This document shows positions 1-12,400 of a DNA stretch of 64,000 nt, piece after piece. Both the position numbers and the translations under genes were made by a program. Source of the DNA: an uncultured virus (IMG/VR IMGVR_UViG_3300007345_000031) (Duplodnaviria > Heunggongvirae > Uroviricota > Caudoviricetes); IMG/VR virus record IMGVR_UViG_3300007345_000031; one strand, written 5' to 3'. Below the pieces are notes generated by a model. The model was not told the DNA's origin, did not search any database, and worked only from the letters and a program-made list of their open reading frames with translations. How positions within the stretch are numbered: the stretch's first letter is position 1; every line of letters starts with the position of its first letter.

Positions 1-175
1 AAATCTTATGAGTGTAACTCCTCAAATTCGGGGAAACCTGTAAAATGGCAATCCCGAGCCAAGCATCGCAAGATGAAGGTGTAGAGACTAGACGGGGAGC
101 ACCTAAACCGAAAGGTATGGTGAAGGGATAGTCCAGACCACAAACCGTAAGGGCAAGGAAACTTGTAGTGGTAAG
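1..175 (+). ncRNA. Group I intron (trnL-type) in tRNA-Leu(UAA); 5' end lies upstream of the window
   Basis: Core elements in order: P AAATTCGGGGAAACC (24-38), Q AATCCCGAGC (50-59), R GTGTAGAGACTAGACGGG (79-96), S GAAGGGATAGTCC (122-134). P3 CTCCTC/GGGGAG, several GNRA-capped hairpins, terminal G175 directly followed by a tRNA 3' half. Confidence 0.88.
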
Positions 176-225
176 AAAATCTGTTGACCATTGCGGTCGT
201 GGGAGTTCAAGTCTCCCTACTCGCA
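176..225 (+). tRNA. trnL: tRNA-Leu(UAA) 3' exon
   Basis: AAAA-TCTGT (rest of anticodon loop and stem), long variable arm GACC-attgc-GGTC, T arm GGGAG-TTCAAGT-CTCCC, acceptor strand TACTCGC, discriminator A, no encoded CCA. U^AA anticodon inferred from the group I splice rule. Confidence 0.85.
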
Positions 226-255
226 TTAAAATAAATAAGACAAAACGGTAAGTAT

Positions 256-567
256 ATGTCTTATCAATACAAAATCACCAGTTCATATTGTTGGTATAAT
301 AATGGCAGTATGATTGTGAAAATGTATTTCATAAATGGCCTTCCATTTACTTTTGATGAACTTCCAGATGGACATTTACGCGATAAAGAATTAATTAAAG
401 AAGCAAATAAATCAATATCTTATGAACCAGATGAAATGTATCGATATTCATTTTATCTGATTGATGAAGAAATGCATCCGATGCTTTTTCCTGTTGATTT
501 GGAAAATCCGGAAGATATGCCAGACCAAGAAATAGAACTTTGTGATGAGCAAGATTTTATGCGATAA
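256..567 (+). CDS. Hypothetical acidic phage protein
   Basis: 103-aa ORF downstream of late-type ATAAATA (231-237). Confidence 0.7.
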   Translation: MSYQYKITSSYCWYNNGSMIVKMYFINGLPFTFDELPDGHLRDKELIKEANKSISYEPDEMYRYSFYLIDEEMHPMLFPVDLENPEDMPDQEIELCDEQDFMR

Positions 568-570
568 ATA
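564..570 (+). promoter_or_regulatory. T4 gp55-type late promoter ((A/C)TAAATA); further copies at 231, 6426, 12578, 15792, 20239, 23249, 23621, 37262, 52947, 63040
   Basis: TAAATA boxes sit shortly upstream of structural gene starts, matching the T4 late consensus TATAAATA. Confidence 0.75.
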
Positions 571-600
571 AAATATAAGGAATTACTTGCAGAAAATAAA

Positions 601-3600
601 ATGGGTCTCTCAAGATTAGAGAATTTTATCAAGAATGTTCGTGGCAATATTTTGTATGTGAGTCCCAATGATTTGGACTCTACTGATAGTATTGAAAATA
701 GTGGAAATTCACTCACTCGACCATTCAAAACAATACAAAGAGCACTGGTTGAAGCATCTAGATTTTCATATCAAAAAGGATTGAATAATGATAGATTCAA
801 TCAAACAACTATTTTAGTATATCCTGGTGAGCATACTATTGATAATAGGCCTGGATATATTCCTGATGGTTTGGGTACATTTAAAACTAGAAGTGGATTT
901 AACGCTGAAGATTTTACAGCATGGGATGGAAACACTGTATATGATTTAAATACCGAGAACAATGCACTATACAAATTAAATAGTGTTCATGGTGGTGTTA
1001 TTGTTCCTCGTGGTGTATCAATTATTGGTATTGATTTAAGAAAAACGAAAATAAGACCAAAATATATTCCAAATCCAACTGATAGTAATATTCCAAGTTC
1101 TGCCGTGTTCAGATTAACCGGTGGTTCTTATGTACAAAATTTTACTATTTTAGATGGTGATCCAAATAGCACATCATATAGAGATTATTTGAACAGTGAC
1201 TTTATTCCTAATTTTTCTCACCATAAATTAACCTGTTTTGAATATGTTGATGGTACAAATAATGTAAAAATAAGTGATACTTTCTTAACATATGAATCAA
1301 CCAGAACAGACCTTGATATGTATTATGAAAAGGTCGGATTGGTCTATGGTACTGCAAGCGGAAGAGAAATTCAACCAGATTATCCGTCCACTGGTTTAGA
1401 CATTGAACCTAAAGTTGATGAGTATCGTCTTGTTGGTCCTACTGGCCAATCTGTAGAAATTTCTGCCATACAAGCAGGTAATGGTGTTGTTGCCACAACA
1501 ACTATCACAGTTACAACGGCAACTGCAATTGATGGTTTAGATGTAGATAATGTTATAGTTATTGATGGATTAGCAGATACAGAATATAATGGAAGATATA
1601 CTGTTACTGAAAAAATTAATTCAACACAATTTAAATATATTACAAATAATCCTCCTGTAGACCCAAATCCATCATCAACTGCAACTGCAACAGCATCTAT
1701 TGTCGTTGATAATATAACATCAGCATCTCCGTATATCAATACAATCACATTGAAATCTGTTTATGGAATGTGTGGTGTTCTTGCAGATGGATCAAAATCT
1801 TCAGGATTTAAATCAATTGTTATTTCGGAATTTTCAGGTATCTCTCTTCAGAAAGATGAAAATGCCTTTGTAAAATTTAATAAGACCAGTGGTGTATACG
1901 AAGATACTACAATTCCTGGTAATGAGAACTTAAGTTCTGATATAGATGCAGTTTATAAACCAGCATATTCAAATTTCCATATTAAAGGAACTGGAGATAC
2001 TTATATTCAAGCAGTATCTTGTTTTGCTATCGGTTTTTCAGAGCAATTTGTTTCTATTGATGGAGCAAATTTATCGTTAAGTAATTGTAATTCAAATTTT
2101 GGAGCTAAATCATTATCTTCATCTGGTTTCAAAAATACTGCAACAAGTACTGAAGATTTAGGATACATTTCTCATATTCTTCCACCAAGAGAAGTGGATG
2201 AAGATGAAATTAGTGTATCTTTTGCTCCAATTGATATTAAAACCACTATTGGAATTGGTACAACTAATGAAAGATTATATTTGTATGATCAAAAAAATGT
2301 AGACTCTATACCATCAAGTGAGTTCAATGGATATAAAATTGGTGCAAAAGCATCTGATAAACTTTATATTTTAACCTCAAATGGTGAGCAAAAGGTAGAG
2401 CATTTTTCAAGAATTGTAATGTCTAATTCTCAGTCTAGTTCTGAAAAAGTATTTAATGTTCTCAAAACAAATGTTGGTATCAATAGTATTGTTTCTAATA
2501 CCATTACATTAACAGAAAATCATACTTTCCAGAATGCAGAATCGGTGAGAGTTATCAGTGAAGATGGTTCTCTTCCAGATGGAATAGAATCAAACACCGT
2601 ATATTATGCAATTACCTCTGGAGTAGATCCTGACGAGATTAAACTTGCGAGTAGTGAAGCTAATGCAAGAACTTTAAGTGCGATTTCATTTAATAATTTT
2701 GGAGGTTCTTTAAAGATTGTCAGTAGGGTATCTGATAAAAAATCTGGTGATGTTGGCCACCCAATCCAATATGATACTGGTTCTAGTCAATGGTATATTA
2801 AGGTAGCAACTGCTAATACAGAGAACTTAATTTATTCAAATGTAATTGTTGGTTTAGGAACAACTGCATTTAATAATGACGCATCACCTAAAACATATGT
2901 GAAGAGAACACCTGATAATAGGCAATTAAAGGATTCAATTTATCGTCTTCGTTATGTTATACCTGAAGTTGATTCAACAGTGGCAAAACCACCATCTATT
3001 GGAGCAGTTATTCAAGAATCAAGTACTTCAATTGGTAGCACAGCAATAGAAGTAGGAAAATATTTTGGTTCCGGCACACTGACTAATTCAAATCAATTAA
3101 GAAATTTTAAAATTATATCTGATGTTTCATGGGATACTGAATTAGCATATTTCACAACAGAAGTTCCACACAAGTTGAATGTGGGATCACAAGTTCAAAT
3201 TAATAATGTAAAGAGCACCTTGAATGTTGCTGGAGTAGGAAATTCAGGATTTAATAGAACTTATTCTGTTGTTGGGGTAGGAAGTGCTAAACAATTTAGT
3301 GTAGGATTATCAACAGATCCAGGATCTTTTACGAGTGATATTACAGTAAGAGATACAAATCTTCCAAACTTCTCAAGAAAAAGATATAGAAATACTTATT
3401 ATGTGCAAAATGTTGAAGAAGTTCAAGAATATATTAGTGGAGTTCAACCTGGAGTTTATTATCTAACAGTTTTGAATTCTACTAATTCTCCATCAATATC
3501 ACCATTCACTGGAGAAAGTTTCTCTCAACCAATACAGAATCTTTATCCAGAAATTGATAGAGATAATTTATTGTCTGACATAAATGCTACAATTTCTGTA

Positions 3601-6426
3601 GCTTCACCATCTCCAATTGGAAAAGTTACTGTTGATGATTCGAAAAATAGCATTACAAGAGAAACATCTGATAAATTTATATCCGATATCAATATTGGTG
3701 TGGGATTAACTGATATTTTAACAAATGTTGTCGGTACTGGTGGAACTATTCATGAATTACGTACAAAAATTGACCATGGACTTAATGGTGCAATAAAAGT
3801 TAGCATTGCTTCCAGTGGTGCAAATTATGGTACGGGTTCTGCTTCTGAAGTCATTTATTATGGCGCAAAACTAGTTGCATCTGCATCATCAACTGGACCA
3901 ACAGGAAAACATGCATCTGCTAGAGTTACTGTAGATGCAAATGATGGCGGAATTACTGAAGTATTAATAACTGATGGTGGAAGTGGATATTTCCCAGGAA
4001 ATCAATGCAAAATTGTTAGTGTAGCAACTACAACAGGACATAGTGCGGCAGAAGTAGTAATTGAAAAAGTCAATGATAATGTTGGAGATGTTGTTAAGAT
4101 TGTAGGAGTTTCTTCCGATACTTATGAACCATATAATACATTATACAGAATTACTTCTGTTGGTATTGGTTCCGAAAAAGATTTTAGAGCCGAGTCTATT
4201 TCTGAAATTAGTGGGGTTACAACCACCGGAATTGGTGCAACTGTTCTATCAAATGCAGTTTTATATAATGTTGGAAAATCTGTTGGCATTTCAAGTATCA
4301 ATTATTTTTCAAGCACTGGTATTGCAACAGTCACAACAAATTCTAATCATGGATTTGGCGTAAACAATAAAGTTAGAATTGTTACTGGTATTGCAACAAT
4401 GCCAGAATTTGATGGTGAATTTATCATCAAAAAAGATGAAAGTCTTACATCATTCTCATTTAATTTGGGTATTGGTGTCACAGACCAACCTGTTGCTATG
4501 GGTTCATCTATGTTTGTACTTCCAACAGGATGGACATCAAATGCAGGGACACTTGGTGAAAAGGATAGTAGTGTTAATGCTAGAATGGTTTCAAATTATG
4601 CTGGAATTACAACAACACTTTCATCTGGTATTGCCAATGCCACAACCGATGAAGTATCATTAACAAACGTTGGTGATTTAAATCTTGCCGCAGGTGATTA
4701 TCTATCCATTGATAATGAAATAGTAAGAATCAAAACAAATCCATCAAATCCGTTAAGCAATCCACTTTTAGTCTTTAGAGGGGTTCTTGGATCAAAAGCA
4801 ACATCTCATGATTCTGGATCAATTGTTCGTAAAATACAACCACTTCCAATTGAATTTAGAACACCATCTAAAAATGTAGCTCAAAGTCATGTTTGGGAAC
4901 ATGTTGGTTTTGGACCAGGAAATTATTCTACAGGTCTTCCTAGTAATCAAACTCGTGGAAAAACACCTGAAGAAGAAATATTATCACAGTCATATAAGAA
5001 GGATGGTGGTCTTAATTTCTTTGATGGAATTGATAATGAAGGATCTAGTTACTTTGGAAATAAGAAAATTAATAATATTTCTGGAGAAGAGGAAGTATTT
5101 GATGGACCAAATCTTAATAGTGAAACTGTAATCAATACAAAATCAACTACATTTGAAGGAAAATTAACTTCAACTTCAGATGAAGGTGTTGAGGCAAAAA
5201 ATATACTATTAAAAGGAAATGTAGACCTTGCCAAAAAACATACTGTAGAAAAAGAAGCACCATCATATACAGGAAATCCTGGCGACATTGTTTATTCGGA
5301 TCTTCCAATTGAGGGTCAAAATTCTGCCTGGATATATGCAAATGATAAGAGTTGGAAGAGAACAGGACCAATAGCATTGTCAGCTGACACCGATTCTTAC
5401 CTATTCAGTAGTGTAGGTATTGGAACTACAACGTTATCTCTAAAAGATCATATTGTGCAAATTGGTTCTGGTTCAAGTATTGTTACCATTGGACCAAATG
5501 GAAGTGTTGGTGTTGGATCAACAGGGCATATATTTAAGTTCAGAGTAGAAGGTACATCACATTTCTCCGGTAGTGTTTCTGCAGGTGATGCTATTACTGC
5601 GAGTAGCTTTATTGGTGATGGCTCTGGTCTAACAAATCTGAACGTATCGGCAACTGGATGGGCACAAGTTGAAGCTGGACTTGGAACTGGTATTTACAAT
5701 ACTCAACTAAACAGAGTTGGTATTAATACTGCTGCTCCACAAGTTGTTCTTGATGTTGGTAGTCCCACATCTGGTGTTGGTGGAACAGATTTAAGAGTAC
5801 GTAACATTGCAAAATTTGATAGTTCAGTAGTTGCACAAAATATTAGTGTAGGTGGTATTCTTACGTCAACAAATTATCGTCTTGATAGTACGTTATCTAG
5901 AATTAGATCAGGGATTGTAACTACATCCACATTAGTTGTTGGTACTGCTGGAACTGTTATTACAACAAACTCTTCCCAGAATATTGGTATTGGAACACTT
6001 GCAGCAAGAACTAAATTGGATGTTGAAGGAAGATTGAGAACTAAATCTCATTCCGAAAATATTGAAGTCGTATCTGTTTCTGCTGGAAACGTTAATATTG
6101 ATTTGAACAAAGCAACAATATTTGATTTAGATCTTTCAACTTCTGGCACTGATGTTACCCAATTTACCCTTCTTGGAACTCCAGATTCTGCAGCTTCTTC
6201 GGAGTTTGTTATTAGAATTAAATCAAATGGTTCTAATTCTGTTGGTATCAATACATTCAAGAATCAATCTGGAACTAATTTGAGAGTATATTGGCCATCA
6301 TCTGTTCCCAATGTTTCAATATCTACAGATAAGTATGATTTCTATAGATTTAGAACTTTCTCAAGGTCTGGAGCGATTGACGTATTTGGTTTTGTTGATG
6401 GACAAAACATGGGATATCAATACTGA
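601..6426 (+). CDS. Large virion structural/fibre protein (beta-rich, pectin-lyase-like N-terminal region)
   Basis: 1941 aa. N-terminus MGLSRLENFIKN...LYVSP...PFKTIQRAL is typical of cyanomyophage fibre proteins; many GIGTT/VGIGT motifs; late promoter upstream. Confidence 0.75.
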   Translation: MGLSRLENFIKNVRGNILYVSPNDLDSTDSIENSGNSLTRPFKTIQRALVEASRFSYQKGLNNDRFNQTTILVYPGEHTIDNRPGYIPDGLGTFKTRSGFNAEDFTAWDGNTVYDLNTENNALYKLNSVHGGVIVPRGVSIIGIDLRKTKIRPKYIPNPTDSNIPSSAVFRLTGGSYVQNFTILDGDPNSTSYRDYLNSDFIPNFSHHKLTCFEYVDGTNNVKISDTFLTYESTRTDLDMYYEKVGLVYGTASGREIQPDYPSTGLDIEPKVDEYRLVGPTGQSVEISAIQAGNGVVATTTITVTTATAIDGLDVDNVIVIDGLADTEYNGRYTVTEKINSTQFKYITNNPPVDPNPSSTATATASIVVDNITSASPYINTITLKSVYGMCGVLADGSKSSGFKSIVISEFSGISLQKDENAFVKFNKTSGVYEDTTIPGNENLSSDIDAVYKPAYSNFHIKGTGDTYIQAVSCFAIGFSEQFVSIDGANLSLSNCNSNFGAKSLSSSGFKNTATSTEDLGYISHILPPREVDEDEISVSFAPIDIKTTIGIGTTNERLYLYDQKNVDSIPSSEFNGYKIGAKASDKLYILTSNGEQKVEHFSRIVMSNSQSSSEKVFNVLKTNVGINSIVSNTITLTENHTFQNAESVRVISEDGSLPDGIESNTVYYAITSGVDPDEIKLASSEANARTLSAISFNNFGGSLKIVSRVSDKKSGDVGHPIQYDTGSSQWYIKVATANTENLIYSNVIVGLGTTAFNNDASPKTYVKRTPDNRQLKDSIYRLRYVIPEVDSTVAKPPSIGAVIQESSTSIGSTAIEVGKYFGSGTLTNSNQLRNFKIISDVSWDTELAYFTTEVPHKLNVGSQVQINNVKSTLNVAGVGNSGFNRTYSVVGVGSAKQFSVGLSTDPGSFTSDITVRDTNLPNFSRKRYRNTYYVQNVEEVQEYISGVQPGVYYLTVLNSTNSPSISPFTGESFSQPIQNLYPEIDRDNLLSDINATISVASPSPIGKVTVDDSKNSITRETSDKFISDINIGVGLTDILTNVVGTGGTIHELRTKIDHGLNGAIKVSIASSGANYGTGSASEVIYYGAKLVASASSTGPTGKHASARVTVDANDGGITEVLITDGGSGYFPGNQCKIVSVATTTGHSAAEVVIEKVNDNVGDVVKIVGVSSDTYEPYNTLYRITSVGIGSEKDFRAESISEISGVTTTGIGATVLSNAVLYNVGKSVGISSINYFSSTGIATVTTNSNHGFGVNNKVRIVTGIATMPEFDGEFIIKKDESLTSFSFNLGIGVTDQPVAMGSSMFVLPTGWTSNAGTLGEKDSSVNARMVSNYAGITTTLSSGIANATTDEVSLTNVGDLNLAAGDYLSIDNEIVRIKTNPSNPLSNPLLVFRGVLGSKATSHDSGSIVRKIQPLPIEFRTPSKNVAQSHVWEHVGFGPGNYSTGLPSNQTRGKTPEEEILSQSYKKDGGLNFFDGIDNEGSSYFGNKKINNISGEEEVFDGPNLNSETVINTKSTTFEGKLTSTSDEGVEAKNILLKGNVDLAKKHTVEKEAPSYTGNPGDIVYSDLPIEGQNSAWIYANDKSWKRTGPIALSADTDSYLFSSVGIGTTTLSLKDHIVQIGSGSSIVTIGPNGSVGVGSTGHIFKFRVEGTSHFSGSVSAGDAITASSFIGDGSGLTNLNVSATGWAQVEAGLGTGIYNTQLNRVGINTAAPQVVLDVGSPTSGVGGTDLRVRNIAKFDSSVVAQNISVGGILTSTNYRLDSTLSRIRSGIVTTSTLVVGTAGTVITTNSSQNIGIGTLAARTKLDVEGRLRTKSHSENIEVVSVSAGNVNIDLNKATIFDLDLSTSGTDVTQFTLLGTPDSAASSEFVIRIKSNGSNSVGINTFKNQSGTNLRVYWPSSVPNVSISTDKYDFYRFRTFSRSGAIDVFGFVDGQNMGYQY

Positions 6427-6469
6427 TAAATAATAAAAAAAGTAGTATTCTGGGGGAGAGTGAACCCAA

Positions 6470-9400
6470 ATGGCAGGAATTAATAAGAATTTTGTTATTA
6501 AGAATGGCATTGAGGTCAACACTAATTTAATTGTAGGTAATACTGAATTAGGTCGAGTTGGTATTGGAACCACTCAACCTCTTCAAAATTTACATGTTGT
6601 CGGTGGTATTGGTGCAACATCCATCGATGTTACTGGGGTTGCAACCATTCGAACATTGAATGTCCTTGGAGTTACAACTCTCCCACAATTGGTTCTTGGT
6701 GCTGGAGATCCTGTCATAACAGGAACACCAAATCAGATATTAGCTGTTTATGATGGTGTACATATTGAGGGAAATACTGGTATTGGTATCACCTTACCAA
6801 ATGCCAGATTAGATGTTGTTCCACCATCAGATAAAAGTGCAGGTATATTTTCAGGATCATCTTCTGAAGGGATGGTTCATATTGTTCAGAAAGGTGAGGG
6901 GGATGCATTAAGAGTTGAGAGTATTCCTGCAGGTATCAACACAACTGCTTTTGTCGTAACAGGAGTCGGAACAGTTGGTGTAGGAACCACTAATCCAGAT
7001 GTTAAACTTACTGTTTGGACATCAGTATCTACAGGAACCACTGCAATTTATGCAAGAGGTGATGTTGTTGGCACTGGTATTGGTTCCTTTATTAGTTTGC
7101 AATCAGAGACTGCAAATGTTGCTATTGGAACGATTGGTAAATTAGTAGGTCAGTCTTTAAATTATAGTGGAATTAATACATTAACAAGCATTGAATCTAC
7201 AGAACTAACAGTAAGTGGATTCTCTACGTTAGGTAGTGCCAAGTTATCAAATACAATTCTTGCTGGTGTTAATACTGGATTGTATGCTCCAGGTATTTCT
7301 ACATTAACTTATCTAACAGGTCAATCTGCAAACTATAGTGGAATTTCTACATTAACTTCTCTTGATGGAGTATCATTAAATTATACTGGTATTTCTACTA
7401 TTAGTCATGTAAGTGGAACAACTTTGGTTGTTTCTGGATTCTCTACATTAGGTAGTGCCAAGTTATCAAATACAATTCTTGCTGGTGTTAATACTGGCCT
7501 CTATGCTCCAGGTATTTCTACATTAACTTATCTAACAGGTCAATCTGCAAACTATAGCGGTATCAATACTCTTGGTTTTGTCGAGTCAATAACCTTAAAT
7601 GTTTCTGGATTTAGTACTCTTGGTGCTACTTCTGCATCATTATTAAGTGTTTCTGGTGTCTCTACACTTACTGGAGGTGTTAATGCTGATGCAGGTATTA
7701 AGGCCGCAAGATTAAGTGTTGCTGGAATTTCTACATTAGGACAAACCACAACTGCAGGTCTCAAGAACACTGGAATTTCTACATTAGGTAATGCAACAGC
7801 AGACACATTAGTTGTTTCTGGATTTAGTACTCTTGGTGCTACTTCTGCATCATTATTAAGTGTTTCTGGTGTTTCTACACTTACTGGTGGAGTAAATGCT
7901 GATGAAGGTATTAAGGCCGCAAGATTAAGTGTTACTGGAATTTCAACATTAAGTGATGCAACATCAACTAACCTTGTTGTATCTGGATTTAGTACTCTTG
8001 GTGGTTCATCTGCAACATTATTGAGTGTTTCTGGTGTCTCTACACTCACTGGTGGAGTAAACGCCGATGAAGGTATTAAGGCCGCAAGATTAAGTGTTAC
8101 CGGTATTACTACATTAGGTCAAACTACAGCAACAGGATTAAAAGTTACTGGAATTTCTACATTAGATCAAACTACCACAACTGGTCTTAAGAACACTGGA
8201 ATTTCTACATTAGGGAATGCAACAGCAGACACTTTAGTTGTTTCTGGATTTAGTACTCTTGGTGGTTCATCTGCAACATTATTAAATGTATCTGGATTTA
8301 GTACTTTTGGATCTATTAGTGCAATAAATGCAAACTTCACGGGCGTTACCAGTATAACATCACTTGCTCTTGGTGAACAATTAGCATTAAGTTCTTTCAG
8401 TGTAAGTTCAGAATTTGTTAGTACTGCAGGTGTTAGTACACTTTCTGCCACACAAATATCAACATTAGAAGTCACTGGCATTTCCACATTAGGTCAAACC
8501 ACAACTGCAGGTCTTAAGAATACTGGAATTTCAACATTAGGTAATGCAACAGCAGACACTTTAGTTGTCTCTGGATTTAGTACTTTTGGTGGTTCATCTG
8601 CAACTTTACTTAACATTTCTGGTGTCTCTACACTTACTGGAGGTGTTAATGCTGATGCAGGTATTAAGGCCGCAAGATTAAGTGTTACCGGTATTACTAC
8701 ATTAGGTCAAACTACAACTACTGGCTTTAAGAACACTGGAATTTCTACATTAGGGAATGCAACAGCAGACACTTTAGTTGTTTCTGGTGTCTCTACACTC
8801 ACTGGTGGAGTAAATGCTGATGCTGGAATTAAGGCTGCCAGATTAAACGTTACTGGTATTACTACTTTAGGTCAAACTACAGCATCAGGATTAAATGTTG
8901 CTGGTATTACTACATTAGGTCAAACCACAACTGCAGGTCTTAAGAACACTGGCATTTCCACTTTAGGTAATGCTACGTCAGATACTTTAGTTGTTACCGG
9001 TATTACTACATTAGGTCAAACCACAACTGTTGGTCTCAAGAACACAGGCATTTCTACATTAGGAAATGCAACAGCAGATACATTATCTGTCTCTGGTGTT
9101 GCTACTGCAAGTTCCTTCAGTGGTTCTGGTTCTGGTTTAAGTGATGGAACTGTACCAATTGCATCTCTTGATATTGATGGTGGTACAGAACTATCATCTC
9201 TGGCTAATGAAGATTTATTCATTGTTGATGATGGTGCAGGTGGAACTAATCGTAAAATTACTGCAAGCAACGTAAGTGCATATGTTCTTGGTGGTGCATC
9301 AGGAAGTGTTAATTTCCAGAACTTGAATGTGAGTGGTATTGGTACAATAGTTAATCTTATATCAACTAATGCAAATATTAGTGGAGTATTAACAGCTACT

Positions 9401-12400
9401 AATATTGAAGGTAATGGTGATGGAATTACTTCAATTCGTGCAGGTATTCTGACCGGTTCTCTTCCTCCGATTGATGGAAGTCAACTGACAGGAATTGTTG
9501 CAACTGGTACTGGTGTTCAAATATTTGATGGATATGGTGGTTCTTATGGATATGGTGCTGTTTATTCGGGTATTGGTATTACTTTTGTATATAATACTGA
9601 TAACGTTACTGTAGATTTCAATGCAGGAATAACAACAATTGGCCTTTCAACCTCTGTGAGCATTGGAGGTTCAATGACTGCAACATCATTCCATGGTGAT
9701 GGTGCGGGTCTTACAAATGCTGGTGCTTTCAACTATGATAACACCACAAATATTTTTGCACAAAATATTACATCATTACCAAATAGAACTGATGGTGCTG
9801 ATAACTTCTTTGCAGGTAGATCTGCAGGACATAATATTACTAGTGCAGACAACAATATTGCAATAGGATCTTCTAGTGGTTTAAACCTTACATCCGGACA
9901 CAATAATATATTCCTTGGTGCTTGTGCAGGATGTAATACTGATACTGCATATCATAATGTATTCCTTGGTGCATGTGCAGGATGTAACAATAGCGGTGGC
10001 GATTATAATACCTTCATTGGTCAGCATTCGGGACGTGATAACACATCTGGAAATTATAATACTTTCATTGGTCGTTCTGCAGGATACAACAACAATACTG
10101 GCGATTACAATACCTTCATTGGATATTGTGCAGGATATGACAATTGCAATGCTTCAAACAATACCTTCATTGGATATCTTGCAGGAAGGTGCAACAGCAC
10201 TGGAGCTGGTAATTTCTTCGTTGGTCAGTGTGCAGGACATTTCAGTTGTAGTGGATTTTACAATAACTTCCTTGGTGATAGTGCAGGATATTGCAACACC
10301 TCTGGAACCAATAATAACTTCCTTGGTAGATGTGCAGGATGTAGTAATACCTCCGGATCTTATAATAACTTCTTTGGACATGATGCAGGATGCAAAAACA
10401 CCACTGGAAGTTGTAATAACTTCATAGGCGAGTGTGCAGGATTCTGCAACACCGATACTAATGGCTCAGTAGCAATTGGACAATCAGCAGGATATCATAA
10501 TGATGCTTCTGATAATGTCTTCTTGGGAAGAAATGCTGGATTTACTACTGTTACTCGTTCTTCAAGTGACCTTATTACGGGTTCTCATAACTTCATATCG
10601 GGTGTTGGAGCTGGTTCCTCATTAACCACTGGATGCAATAATACCTTCATTGGTAATAGAGTAGGAAGATACAACACCACTGGAGATTACAATAACTTTC
10701 TTGGCAATTTTGCAGGAGGAAATAACACCACTGGAGGTTGTAATAACTTCTTTGGTAATCAGGCAGGATACTACAATACCACTGCAAATAATAATAACTT
10801 CCTTGGTAGTTCTGCCGGATACAAAAACACCACTGGAAGTCATAATAACTTCCTTGGTGATAGTGCAGGATATTGCAACAATTCTGGAAGTAATAATAAC
10901 TTCATTGGTGAGCGTGCAGGATTCTGCAGCGTCGATGGATGTCACAACAACTTCTTTGGTTGTCGAGCAGGATGCAAAACCACTGGAGTTTGTAATAACT
11001 TCTTTGGTGCAGCTGCAGGTGTAAGTAACACCTCTGGAAGTAATAATAACTTCTTTGGTAATGCAGGAGGAAATAATACCACTGGAAGTTATAATAACTT
11101 CTTTGGTCAGTCTGCAGGATGGGTCAACTCTTGTGGATGCCATAATAACTTCTTTGGTTGTTGTGCAGGATACAGCAACAGCACTGGATGTTATAATAAC
11201 TTCTTTGGTCCTTTTGCAGGAAGATGCAACACCACTGGTTATGATAACGTAGCAATTGGCCGATGTGCAGCACATTGCAGAACCACTGGTCATAGTAATG
11301 TTTCTATAGGTAATTCTGCAGGTTACTTTAGTACTGGTAATAATAATACCTTTATTGGTGTCCTTGCAGGTTCAGGTTTTGCTAGTGCATCTGGTTCGTA
11401 TAACATATTCTTTGGACATTGTTCAGGTCGTTCAAATACTAGTGGAGCATGTAACCTTTTTGCAGGTTTAAGAAGTGGTGCATGTAATACAACAGGAGAA
11501 TTCAATATCTTCTTTGGACATTGTGCAGGACATTGCAACACTGATGGAGATTGCAACATTGTTGCTGGTTATAAGGCAGGTTTCTCAAATGAAACAGGTT
11601 GTCATAATGTCTTCCTTGGTTGGTGTGCTGGTGCCACAAGCACTAAAGGAGAACAGGTTGCAATTGGATATAATGCAAGAGTTGCTGCACCTACAGAAAG
11701 CACCCAATTAGCAATTGGTATTGGTAATACAAATTGGATTGATGGTAATGAGTCATACTTTGTTGGATTTGGAATTACTAATCCAACACAAAGAGTTGAT
11801 GTTGGTGGAAACATAAAGGTTTCTGGAGAACTTCATGGTCCAACTAACTTCGTCATTGATCCAGCGGCAGTTGGTGATAATACTGGTTCGGTAAGAATTA
11901 AAGGAGACCTTTATGTTGATGGTGATAACTTTGTTGTCAATTCGGAAACAATTACTCTTGGTGATTTTGTAGTTGGTATCGCATCCACAGTTCCAAATCG
12001 CACTGAATTGGATGGTGCAGGAATTGGAATTGGCAGTGATGTTACTTTCCTTTATGATGATACAAATACTGCACTTAAATCTAATGTAAATCTGAATCTT
12101 TCTTCTGCTGATAAAACATATAAGATTAATGGAACTGATGTTCTGTCTGCAACAACGCTTGGATCTGGAGTTGTTAATTCTTCACTAACATCTGTTGGAA
12201 ATCTTACATCATTAACTGTTAGTGGGGATGTTAGTGTCAATGGTAGTGGAGGTATTTCGGTTGTCGGTGTTGTAACTGCATCTGACTTCAATTCAACTTC
12301 TGATCAAAAACTGAAGACAAACATACAGAGAGTTGAAAATGCAGTTGATAAGGTACAACAAATTGATGGTGTATCATTCAATTGGATTGAAAATAATAAA

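Noticed and set aside
6..191. Minus-strand 61-aa ORF
   Set aside because: Overlaps the structured intron and tRNA; spurious.
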